From Novakomyces olei (Eukaryota), in NCBI GenBank assembly GCA_016906335.1, contig JADEYG010000004.1, positions 992,001 through 1,056,000 on the forward strand: a stretch of 64,000 nt of DNA, written 5' to 3'. The notes below the pieces were generated by a model. The model did not search any database, had not been told where the DNA came from, and saw only the letters and a list, made by a program, of their open reading frames with translations. Positions 27,118 to 37,463 of the stretch are shown one piece after another (within the stretch, counting starts at the first letter, position 1; every line of letters starts with the position of its first letter). A program made the position numbers and the translations under genes.

Positions 27118-27358
27118 GTCTGGCTGTATCGAAGATAATAGTAGGGTTAGGGTTTATATAATAATAATTCAGAGTAATTTTTGCATTTCAAACGCATTAC
27201 AAAAGGGGGCAATTATTTCGAGAAAAGTAGAAAGCCACTAAGCAACGCACCGAATCGAAAAAGCCATGCTTTAAATTGAACCGCCACTCTCTGACTCGAG
27301 TCAATCTGTCAAAAATCTAAATACTAGAACGAAAACTATGGCAAACAAGTTGAAAACA

Positions 27359-27533
27359 ACGCGTATAATTTCAACATTTTTACTAACAAGACAGATTAAT
27401 AGCAGTCAGATTATCCTACAATAAAGTACGAGTAAATCATGTCGCAATATAACTAAGAAAACCCTATTCTCATTTAAATTAAGACGCGTCGCATTTAATA
27501 TTTTCCACAAAGGCACCAAACCCACATACGCGT
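27359..27533. promoter_or_regulatory. MCB (ACGCGT) cluster upstream of PCNA
   Basis: ACGCGT at 27359, 27484 and 27528, just before the 5'UTR intron donor. PCNA genes are classical MBF targets in yeasts. Confidence 0.8.
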
Positions 27534-27602
27534 CCACCGCGACTTTTACGACTTTGAATCACAAGGTAAGATGCCCCTAAAATTGAGGAACAGGCTTCAG
27601 AG

Positions 27603-27674
27603 ACGCGCAATGATGACAATCATATACATGCATGGCTGTATGAATCTAGTGATTATATCATTTGTCTGAGCGTT
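27603..27674 (+). ncRNA. Box C/D snoRNA candidate in the PCNA 5'UTR intron
   Basis: Box C ATGATGA 27610-16, D' ATGA 27640-43, C' GTGATTA 27649-55 and box D CTGA 27666-69, with terminal stem ACGC/GCGT. The 12-nt ACATGCATGGCT is complementary to the conserved 18S sequence AGCCAUGCAUGU. Confidence 0.85.
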
Positions 27675-27810
27675 GCCGCGTCTGATCCAATTTTTACTCT
27701 TGTGTCAAATCCGCTTTCTTTTCCTTCAGGACTGGACAAAGTATCTGTTTTCTTTTCTATATGCCCAGTGGCTAATTCTGAGCATACATTGTCCTCTTTA
27801 CTAATCCCAG

Positions 27811-28635
27811 ATGTTTGAAGCAAGACTGTCTCAGGCTGTACTACTCAAAAAAGTCCTCGACGCGGTTCGCGACTTGGTCTCAGACGCGAATTTCGACTGC
27901 AATGACTCCGGTTTGGCGCTGCAGGCGATGGACAATTCTCATGTGAGTCTCGTCTCGCTTTTGCTTAAAGCCGAAGGATTTGATCCTTATAGGTGTGATC
28001 GCAATATGGCTCTAGGGATCAATTTGAACTCGTTGAGTAAAGTCTTGCGGTGCGCTGGTAACGAAGATTTGCTTACTCTCAAAGCGCAAGAAAACCCAGA
28101 AACTCTGCATCTTACTTTTGAGAGCAGTACGGCTGACCGTATAAGCGAGTATGATATTAAATTGATGGATATTGATCAGGAGCATTTGGGTATTCCCGAT
28201 GCGGAGTACGATGCGATTATTAATATGCCTTCTGCAGAGTTTCAGCGTATTGTACGCGACCTGTCAGGCATGTCGGAGAGTGTAAAGATTGAGGCTACAA
28301 AAGACAGTGTAAAGTTTTCCTGTGAAGGTGATATTGGCAGTGGATCTGTTACTATTCGGCAGTCGAGCAGTGCGGAAGAGGACACTGCTACTACTATAAA
28401 TCTTACTCAACCAGTACGCCACGCGTTTTCCCTGAAATATTTGAGCAATTTCACAAAGGCAACACCATTGTCGACGCAAGTAGGGATCAGTATGAGCCCT
28501 AAATTTCCTCTCCTCGTAGAGTATAAAATGGAGGGTGGTCATTTGAGGTTTTACCTGGCTCCCAAGATTGGAGATGACGAGGACGATGAAGGTGGTGACG
28601 ATGAGGCAAAGGACGAAGACGCTGACGACGAGTAA
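27811..28635 (+). CDS. PCNA: Proliferating cell nuclear antigen
   Basis: [37 protein letters not shown] and RFYLAPKI. 5'UTR intron 27566-27810 ends directly at the ATG. Confidence 0.99.
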   Translation: MFEARLSQAVLLKKVLDAVRDLVSDANFDCNDSGLALQAMDNSHVSLVSLLLKAEGFDPYRCDRNMALGINLNSLSKVLRCAGNEDLLTLKAQENPETLHLTFESSTADRISEYDIKLMDIDQEHLGIPDAEYDAIINMPSAEFQRIVRDLSGMSESVKIEATKDSVKFSCEGDIGSGSVTIRQSSSAEEDTATTINLTQPVRHAFSLKYLSNFTKATPLSTQVGISMSPKFPLLVEYKMEGGHLRFYLAPKIGDDEDDEGGDDEAKDEDADDE

Positions 28636-29036
28636 GAGGCGCGGCATTCTGGCGTGGAGGACGCGTATGGTGGCCGTTGCCACGACGACTATGCCCCGCC
28701 ATCTATATATTCCGGATATATAGTATACGTTTTATATATAAAATATTCATTATAATTGAAAGCCAACATTAATTCGTGTATAATCATTATTAGGAATATA
28801 CATGCTACATCCATAGGGTTAGTTAGGGTAAAAGGAAAATTTAGGTATATAGTATTAAAACCCCTGATCAATAGGTACGTACACTATGTCTGATATACTA
28901 ATCAAGTTTGAACAACTACCTTAATTTATTATATATTCAGCTTGGCATACTATACTTGTGTGGCAAGCAATGTTACAAGCCGCTCCGCCATATATGAATA
29001 AACCTATCCAAAACGCCAGCCGATGATATCATCATC

Positions 29037-30449
29037 ATGAACAAGCTCAAGGCGAATTTGAAGGAAAAGCTGCACATCGGCGGCGGCGTTGGAGGTGACA
29101 CTCATCCCGGCAGCCAGCACCCGCTCGTTCCCGGCAAAGCCCTTGACGATGACGTCACTGAAGCAGATCGTTATCGGTACAGGGCACCCCAGGGAGTCAA
29201 TATTGGTGCCTGGTTTTGCCTGGAACGATGGCTAGCGCCTCACCTGTTTGAGGACAACAAAGCACAGGGAGATTCGGAGCTGGATGCGGTACGCGCTGCC
29301 GTCCAGCACCGTGGAACTCAGGGCGCACGTGAACAATTGGAACAGCACTGGCGCTCTTGGATCTCGGATGACGACTGGACTTACCTCGCCTCAAAGGGCG
29401 TAAATACCGTACGCGTACCGTTGGGCTACTGGCACGTGCTAAGTAATCTTCACGGAACTAGCTTTGCTAGTTATGCGCCAGTGTATGCAAACGCGCTTTC
29501 TATTTTGAGGGAAAAAGTTGAGCAAGCGCAAAGGCACCATATCGGAGTCCTGCTTGATCTGCATGCCGTACCCGGTGGTGCGAATAGCGATTCACATTCC
29601 GGTACGAGTGGGGGCGACGCCTCCTTTTTCACGCACAAGCACGAACGCGAACAGGCGGTCTCGGCAGTTACGCGGTTGGCTGACGAATTCGGTAATGTCG
29701 AGAATGTGGCAGGGATTGAAGTCATTAACGAGCCCGCGTACGGGCACAACCACGAGTTGGAAGCGTACTATGACGCGTGCTTACGCGCCGTGAGTGCAAA
29801 AAGTCCACTGACTCCGGTATACATTGGCGATGCGTGGGATTTGAAGCATTTCACACAGTGGGCTGCGGCCCGACAGGAACCGGTGGTTGTGGATACTCAC
29901 GCCTACTTTTGCTTTAGTGACTCTGATCGCCAGCTGGCACCGGACGCAGTGCTGTCCCGTGTACGTCATGGAGGTATTGTTGCCAAAGCATTAGCAGACG
30001 CACGTAGTCAGTTGGGTGGAGCGCTTGTCGTGGGCGAATGGTCGTGTGTGCTTGATGGTCAAACGTGGGGCCGACTTGGTGGAAATCAAGATCGCGATCA
30101 CGTGGCAGCTGAATTTGGACGCGACCAGCTGCAGGCTTACGCGCCGGGTGGACAGTTCTTTTGGACGTACAAGTTCCGGTGGGGGGATGGCGGTGAGTGG
30201 GGGTTCAGAGCAATGGCGGAAAGAAACGCTTTGCCTTTGGGTGACTTGCAAGTACAGCGTAAGGATGGCGCGCCCCCACAAGTTAGTGGAGACGACGCGT
30301 ATACGCGTGGGTACGCGCGGGGGTGGCATGACGCGGTCGCGTTTGCACCTTCGCGTATAGGCTTCTACGCTGCGTGGGCAAGAGCCCGATCGGGTAATGA
30401 AGGGGAACGAAGGGGAATTGTCGATGGTATCAAGGCGTATTACAAATAA
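29037..30449 (+). CDS. Glycoside hydrolase family 5 glucan 1,3-beta-glucosidase, cytoplasmic Exg3/YBR056W type
   Basis: YRYR..QGVNIGAWFCLERW, VRVPLGYW, LLDLHAVPGGANSDSHSG, catalytic INEP and VGEW, FFWTYK. No signal peptide, no introns. Confidence 0.9.
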   Translation: MNKLKANLKEKLHIGGGVGGDTHPGSQHPLVPGKALDDDVTEADRYRYRAPQGVNIGAWFCLERWLAPHLFEDNKAQGDSELDAVRAAVQHRGTQGAREQLEQHWRSWISDDDWTYLASKGVNTVRVPLGYWHVLSNLHGTSFASYAPVYANALSILREKVEQAQRHHIGVLLDLHAVPGGANSDSHSGTSGGDASFFTHKHEREQAVSAVTRLADEFGNVENVAGIEVINEPAYGHNHELEAYYDACLRAVSAKSPLTPVYIGDAWDLKHFTQWAAARQEPVVVDTHAYFCFSDSDRQLAPDAVLSRVRHGGIVAKALADARSQLGGALVVGEWSCVLDGQTWGRLGGNQDRDHVAAEFGRDQLQAYAPGGQFFWTYKFRWGDGGEWGFRAMAERNALPLGDLQVQRKDGAPPQVSGDDAYTRGYARGWHDAVAFAPSRIGFYAAWARARSGNEGERRGIVDGIKAYYK

Positions 30450-31964
30450 TCATCGTTCGACTGGAACTCAATGGCTCACGTGACTCTTTTAGCACGTGAC
30501 TGATTGGCTGTTTATGAATCACGCTCTCACGACGGAGTAGGTCTGTCTTTACTTTATTATTTTTATTTTTGTGGCCACTCTTTTGGTAGCCCGAGTTTGC
30601 TGCTGATTGGGCTAGAAAACTAGCTTGATTGCTCACACCCGGCGTATTTTTAAGTCTTGACCCGTATGTAAAGTATTAAAATTGATGAATTGGAACATTG
30701 TGTTTGTCTTGTCAAGCTACGTATGATCACGTACGCTTAAAGCTGTGAGAACGTAGTCTCCGTATTGCATTCATTTGCATTCCCTGCTTAGCTTTGCCTT
30801 TGCTACTCTCCATTTAACCAAACAAATTTTTAAAGAATAATCATCTAAATAAGCAAGACAAAATAAACAATTAAAAACAGGGTAAATACCTTGACATGGC
30901 TAGCAAGATTTTCCATCCTGTCTGGTTGAACTCGTCGAGTCTTAACGGAGCCAGCCCAGAAAATTTGATATTGGAAAAGGTATCAGGACGGGCTATATTT
31001 GATCGAGTATTCGGCAACTCATTCGAGAATAGATTATTTTCAATTTATTATTCTCAGTGTACTTTATCGTTTCCATTATAAACAACGATGAATTTAAAAG
31101 TGAAACCCAGGTCAAACAGGTTCTGGCCGCCAATGACGGGTTGATCTTATCGTACAACTCTGAATCGTATTAAGCAAAACACATCAGAAAACTTTTCGCT
31201 ATATCACTATTTTTATGCTATCCACGTACACACAAGCTCATCACTGCGCGATTCCGCAAACCCAGACCCTTCCACATTAAAATGCCGTCATAAATTATAT
31301 CATAACAACTCATAAAAATCACAGTACATGGGATAAAAAACAACTAATCAAGCATCAAACTAGTACCGTACAAATAAATAAAAATTCTGGACTTGAAAAG
31401 TAAAAACAAAATGTATACAAAACTCGTAAACCTCGGATATATAGAAACGTCGACCGAAACTTAAATCGTGATTATTAGAACCGTGACAAAAGCGTACGGT
31501 AAGAGTAGGCACGAGTTCATCGTGTAACTCACTGGATCGACGCAACATGAAACAAAAATATGTATGTTGAGGAAAGACGTATCGTAGGTAACTTATTAAA
31601 TATTATTTAATAAATTACAAGACGAACAAAAGGACAAACCGTAGGAAACTTCTAATAAACAAACAAATAAACAGACAAGCAAAAAGATAAATGAAAAAAT
31701 AAAAAATCAAACAACAAAGTAAAGCATCATTCATTGAAAATCGTTCATCACCACGAATCCTCCTGGTAAGGAATCGCCCAAAATCGCCACAGTTGTATCA
31801 CTGACAAGGTACTGTTGAAGCCGCTGGTTCGTGCAAAGGAAAAATAACTGTTCGAGCCTCATCTTGTACAAGAGCTTGCTTTTTAAATCCTTTCTCGCAC
31901 CATGATTCCCAATCCTTCTCTCCTAGCCCCTACTCCCTCCGCCCATTAACAAATTCTATTTATC

Positions 31965-34482
31965 TTAAAAAAACAAATTGCTATCAGTCTTCATCCAAGT
32001 TGTTGGAGACTCCAAATTGACGCCACCCGCACTTCCAATTGGCTCCCATGAAGCACTCATACCACTTCCAGCGGCACCCGGAGGAGGAAACAGTGAGCTT
32101 GAAGGTCTTGCAGGCTCTAGATTTTGTGTAGAAAGAACCGGTAATCGCGACCGGGCAGATCCTGAATTTGACCATGAGCCTCGATTATTGCTGATATTAA
32201 TATTAGAATTATTATCATTGTTATTATTGATATTATCATTTTTATTGTCAGTATTATTATTGTCATTATTAGTATTATTATTGTTGTTGATGTTATGATT
32301 ATTATTTCCCGTAGCAATGTTGAAACTGCTGTTTGCTGCAACTGAACCGGAATGAAGACCATTTCCTCCGTTTCGGCCGGCAGCTCCCGTTGAAGAAGGC
32401 CGAAGAATGGGAGTTGAAGGCTTTACTTCGCTCCGACCTTGAAAGGCCGATTTGATACTGGCAGCAGAGCTGAAAATGTACCTGTCGTCGCCTGCGCCAA
32501 TAAAAGACCGACGTCTTTTATCGGTTCTGCTATTGTTATTGTTGTTATTATTTTGCAAGACGCCGAGGTAAGAAGGGTCCACTCCCGAATCAACGACCAT
32601 TTCTCTCCCATTAAACGCGTCATTTGAAGAGTAATCTCTCTCCGGAAACGGTGCCGTTGCCGGTCGCTGTAGTCGACTGGGATCGATGTCCATTTCCCTC
32701 TGCTCAGCCAAACTCGTTCTGTTATTACAGCTCTTGTTGCCGTTGTTATTGCTGTTGTTGTTATGGCTTGTATTATTATATACAGAGGGTGCAACTTGTC
32801 CTGCTGTAGCTGGCAACTGGGGAGGGGTAGCGGCAACATGGAACCCAGAGCCAGTAGGCAAAGGCGCCGTCGGAGGCCTTCCATTATTAAAATGATGCTT
32901 CAAAGCTTGATTAGACGCACGTTGATCCAGGAAAGAAGAGGCGGTAGAAGAAGAGGTAGAAGCCGATATTGACGGCGGTGATTTCATCGTTTTCTGCTTA
33001 GACTTAGCCGCCTTGTTTTGCCATTTTTGTGAAAAACTGGGAGGCACTTGGAGTCCGGTATCACTCTGTCTTGCATTTGGATACTGGAACAAATCTTGTT
33101 TCCTTCGATGGCCCATTGTTAAAACATTAACAAGGTTAGGAAACGATTCAAGCCGGTCTGTTTGCTGAGGCTCGTCCAGGATTGGTGAAAGATTTGCATG
33201 ATAATCGTCCTCCTCTTCGTCCTCTTCTTCATCCGCTTCATGCTCTCCTCCTTCATCTTCAGCCTCATTTGCTCCATCATTGCCAGCAGTCTGAGCACGG
33301 GTCCTGTGACCGTTCCCGACGGGCCTTGGGTACATTCTGGAGCCCTGTGCATGGTAGAAGGACGAAGCAGAATCTTGCAGCCCGAACCCCGGCTCCGTAG
33401 GGTTAGGGTTAGCGTAAGGGTGGTGCATTGCAGAGGCAGAATACTGGACATCGGGCCGGGCGTAATAACCTCGGGGATCAGGATCGATTGGCACAGCATG
33501 AGGTAAATGATCAAGGTGCATAAACTGCCCTGCTGAGGTAGAATCGCGTGACTGTTGTTGAACATTAGCAGACTGATGTTGAAACGGAGATTCTGTTTTC
33601 AACGACAACGGTTTATGCTGCACTACGGGCCTCGATTCCGTAGCGTCTATATACTCAGACTGAGCGGGTAAAAAGGAACTGAAATAAGCAGACGAAGACG
33701 CAGATCCCTTGCGAGAAGGCATCAAATTTCCACCCAAATTTGTATTGACATTTCCGTTACTCGTGTTGGCTAAAACAGCATTGGGGATAAGAGGGGACGG
33801 TGAGCCTCCATTCATTACGGGGGAAGCCGTGTGAGAGTCAGCTGAAGTAGAATGCCAGCTTGATTTGTGAGCGTGTTTTGACGGCCTTCCGCCCAAATTG
33901 TAAGGGAATGAATCTGATCGAGAGGCAGCGTTTGCTGTTGCAGTAGCATTTACAGCTGAAGACTGATCAGAGTCGTGGTCGTCGTCCTCATAAGCAAACT
34001 ATTATTAGCAAAAGGCAAAAAGATGCGTAGAATAAAAACGCATTTGAATATTTATTTAAAAAAATATTTATTTAAAAATGGAACGAATCCGAGAATATCG
34101 AAATGTTTATTAAAAGCAAAAAATAATTCAATTCAATTCAAAAAAATAGTATTTTCGAAACAAAAAGCATTTAGAAAGTATTTCAAGCATGATACACGAA
34201 ACAAGCAAATAAATAAAATAAAAAGTTCGCACATACGTCCAACGGAGTCTTAAATTCATATGGCTCCTGAGCTTGAGTTCGTTGTACAAGGTCAGGATAT
34301 GAACAAGAGGAAAAGATGTAGATGCGGCCTTTACGATCAATTATGGATATGGCAGTATCACAGCCCGTGAGAACAGCAAGCTCGTGAGCCTTCTTGTAGA
34401 GACCATGCTTCCTTTTGATAAAAGTAACGCCCCGCGCTCGATCATCTTTGATCGGCCGGATTGTAATCTTTTTTCGGCCCAT
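31965..34482 (-). CDS. mbx1: MADS-box transcription factor, Mbx1-like
   Basis: MGRKKITIRPIKDDRARGVTFIKRKHGLYKKAHELAVL..C..A..IIDRKGR resembles S. pombe Mbx1 as recalled. Intron 34236-33999 joins it in frame to a long S/N-rich exon. Confidence 0.85.
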
Positions 34483-35927
34483 GCCCGGCGGCGGTGACTC
34501 TAGAGACAGATATCTCGAAAAGTTGGGCTGCTTATTATAACGGCAAACCTCTTCCGTTCAGCCAGAGCCCGTTTGTTCCTACTTTAGCCGGAATTTATGT
34601 ACTCTTTTCCTGTTGTCGGCCGCCGCACTGATCCCAGTAATTTGGGGTTTCTTTTCGAAAAAGTCGGGGAACAAAAAGTCGTATAAGCAGTCGTACAGTT
34701 TAACCGCAGATTAGTTTATCTCGTCAACTTTATACGCAGTTAAACCCAAATTGGGCTTGCGTGAGATATTCTGAAATATTACTAGCGCGATGATATCATT
34801 TCTCTTGTGGAAAAAAGGTCTTGTCTAGTTTGCTGGCGCTTGTGAAAACAGTGAGCGAGACAACGCTATCTCCTTCGTCTGAGCGAGACGGGTTAAGCAG
34901 TATTGCTGTTCTTTATTTCACGGTCATGCGCTGAGAATAACTGACGTTGACGCGTTCATTCACACGATAATCCAGCTTGCTGATTGCTTGGGCAAAGTTC
35001 ACGTTTATGCTTAAATTATGTATATCCATAAGCACGTCGCCTGAGCAAACAGTGGTGTGCGCCGAGTATATCTGTACGATTGTTCTCTAACAAGACTAAA
35101 TGTAGGGTAAATACAAAAATTCTGCGTCCCTGTAAATCACGCAAACAGTGTGCGCGCGAAATTGTCGATTATTTAATTTACTGATTAATGGATTGACTGT
35201 GCAAACGCTCTCGCAAACAGTTTGGGACAAGAAAAAATGGATACTCTTGTCGAGTTTAGCAATGTCGGTCGGTATCCCACATGTGCATTATTTATGCCCT
35301 TAGAATACTACGAAACGCGCCCAAATGTGATTCAGCTCGTATCACACGAATTAGTAATATACAATACACAAAATATGGCTGCACGGTAGTTAACTGAATG
35401 CAGCTAGCATTACTTGAGACGTTGGCGAATACAATAATTAATCAATGAAACAAGACAATAGTAAATCAATAAAACAATACATAATACAAAACCATAAAGT
35501 ATTGATTACTAATGGAAACACGGTGTCGTATAAATGCCACAATTACGCGCTTAGGTTAGGGCTCGGTCCTCCGAGCTCCGTGAGTGGGACAAATAATGTA
35601 AGCATCGCCAAAGCTCACACAAACCCAAACACACTAATCCGAATTTTCACGATGGCCTAAAGACTTGAGGTAAGCAAGTTCGTCTTTAATTTTGAAAGAA
35701 TTACAGAGCACTGACTATCTGTGATAGACGTCCTTTATTGCCGTGTGCAGAATTGGTTCAATTGACCCATTTTCGCTTGACACTTTTGCTTGTCGAAAAA
35801 TTGTCGAAACGTTACGTTTCCTTCCCCTAACAACAACTCTTTGAAACATCTGCAATCATGGCCTTTTCATATACTTACAACGCACATTGTGCCTCTTCTT
35901 TTACCAGCAGCCGGTCTCCTCAATCGA

Positions 35928-37463
35928 ATGGACCCGCTTACACTTTACACGCATGTCGGGGCCCCGTCCGGTGGGGCATTTGACCCCTCCGTGGCGGGCT
36001 CTGGACAGCCCGCCGTTGGACCGGCGTTTAAGCCTCCAACTGTGCCTCTATCTTCTCCGCAGTTTGTGGTTCCCTCACACCCGCTTGCGCAAGAAGCGCC
36101 AGGCAGTGTCGAGCCTGATTTGATTTCTGACTTTTCTCCAAACGACTCTTTCTACTCGCCCTTTTCTCCTTACACTCCTCTGCAGTCGTTTGCTGTGAAT
36201 GGCGACGGCAGCGGGTCGTCTTTGGCCTTTTGCCCGGACGCAGTGCCGCCGGATGCCTTGTTTAACGATCTGCCAGACATGGGTCTTGACTTTAATGCTC
36301 AGGACACTGTCTTGTTTGCCCCTGTGAACCACAATGGCCGCAAGAGCAACAATTCCTTCAAGAGGACTGCAACTGGCGGCAGCCTTGGCAATAATTTTGG
36401 CAGTAATACTGGCAACAAGCCTGGCAACAAGCCTATTGCTCTGGACTGTGCCTTTTCCTTTTTTTCTTCACAGCCCGCCCAGCCAGACTCGGGCAGGGTC
36501 AATGTTGAAGAAGCTTTGCAACAGCTGTTGCAAGACTATGCCAACTCTGTCAATGGCCTGGATTTTGCGCCGACTAGCGTGGATCCTCCACCCTTTTCCC
36601 CTTCAGGAGCCTTTTCCTTTGAGGATTTTAGATTGCCCGCAGAAGCAAAAGAAGCAAAAGAAGCAATTGATTTGCAATTTACAGTGTCTCCGCCAGTGTC
36701 GACAGTTTCTAATAGCCAAACGTACCGTGACTTGCCGCTCGATGTGCCCGGTTTTGATGTGCCTGATTTCATTTTTCAGGCTCCATTACCCCCACAGGCA
36801 GCCACTGCCAGCGGCCATCAGCCCATACTCGCATCCGCTCAGGTCAAAGCCAAACCGGCGAGTGCCAAAAAGAAGGCCAAATCGGCCGTTTTAGGCGCCG
36901 GCTGTACAAGTAAAGCAGGCAGCAATGTCGCTGTTCGATCAGCAGCTGATCATGTTTGCCACAATTGTGGCACTCGAGAGACTCCGCTGTGGAGACGGAC
37001 TGCTGATCGACAGCATATAATCTGCAATGCCTGTGGATTGTATGAAAAGCAGTACAAACAGCCGCGTCCCGTTACTTCAGACTCGGGCGTAAGCCTTCGT
37101 GTCCTTGGAGCCCACGCGCTTGGCCACCGCTCGCTGAACGGGCACCATATGCTCGCAGGTATTCTGGGGTATCAGCATATCTGCGCCAGCTGTGGCACTC
37201 GAGAGACTTCGCTGTGGCGTAAATCGCGACTTGCGCCGGGAACTTACGCTCCGCCTTTGCCCTGTGGCAATTCTGTCACTGAAAGCGAAAGCGAGCCAGG
37301 TTCTCCAGCGCTTCCGCCTTATGACCCGGACTTTGTGGTTGTGTGTAATGCCTGTGGCCTTTACGAAAAGATGCACAACCGACCACGGCCAGCAGGCTAC
37401 CGTCCCCGCAAGGGGCCCTTGACCCGTCGACGAAGTGAAAAGAGCCAGAAAGAGGGTGCTTGA
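35928..37463 (+). CDS. GATA-type transcription factor with two zinc fingers
   Basis: CHNCGTRETPLWRR..ICNACGLY and CASCGTRETSLWRK..VCNACGLY. First ATG at 35928. Probable 5'UTR intron 35670-35727. Confidence 0.88.
   Translation: MDPLTLYTHVGAPSGGAFDPSVAGSGQPAVGPAFKPPTVPLSSPQFVVPSHPLAQEAPGSVEPDLISDFSPNDSFYSPFSPYTPLQSFAVNGDGSGSSLAFCPDAVPPDALFNDLPDMGLDFNAQDTVLFAPVNHNGRKSNNSFKRTATGGSLGNNFGSNTGNKPGNKPIALDCAFSFFSSQPAQPDSGRVNVEEALQQLLQDYANSVNGLDFAPTSVDPPPFSPSGAFSFEDFRLPAEAKEAKEAIDLQFTVSPPVSTVSNSQTYRDLPLDVPGFDVPDFIFQAPLPPQAATASGHQPILASAQVKAKPASAKKKAKSAVLGAGCTSKAGSNVAVRSAADHVCHNCGTRETPLWRRTADRQHIICNACGLYEKQYKQPRPVTSDSGVSLRVLGAHALGHRSLNGHHMLAGILGYQHICASCGTRETSLWRKSRLAPGTYAPPLPCGNSVTESESEPGSPALPPYDPDFVVVCNACGLYEKMHNRPRPAGYRPRKGPLTRRRSEKSQKEGA

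Noticed and set aside
29037-30449. Horizontal transfer of the intronless, GC-richer GH5 gene
   Set aside because: N- and C-terminal motifs match the fungal Exg3/YBR056W type, and other native CDSs here (YDJ1, PCNA, RAX2) are also intronless.
30450-31960. Telomerase RNA gene
   Set aside because: No TAACCCTAA-type template on either strand in this gap.
33398-33412. TAGGGTTAGGGTTAG as a regulatory telobox
   Set aside because: It lies in the mbx1 coding sequence (ANPNPT codons), so it was excluded from the intergenic count.
35928-37463. Iron regulator Fep1/SreA
   Set aside because: It lacks the conserved four-Cys region between the two fingers.
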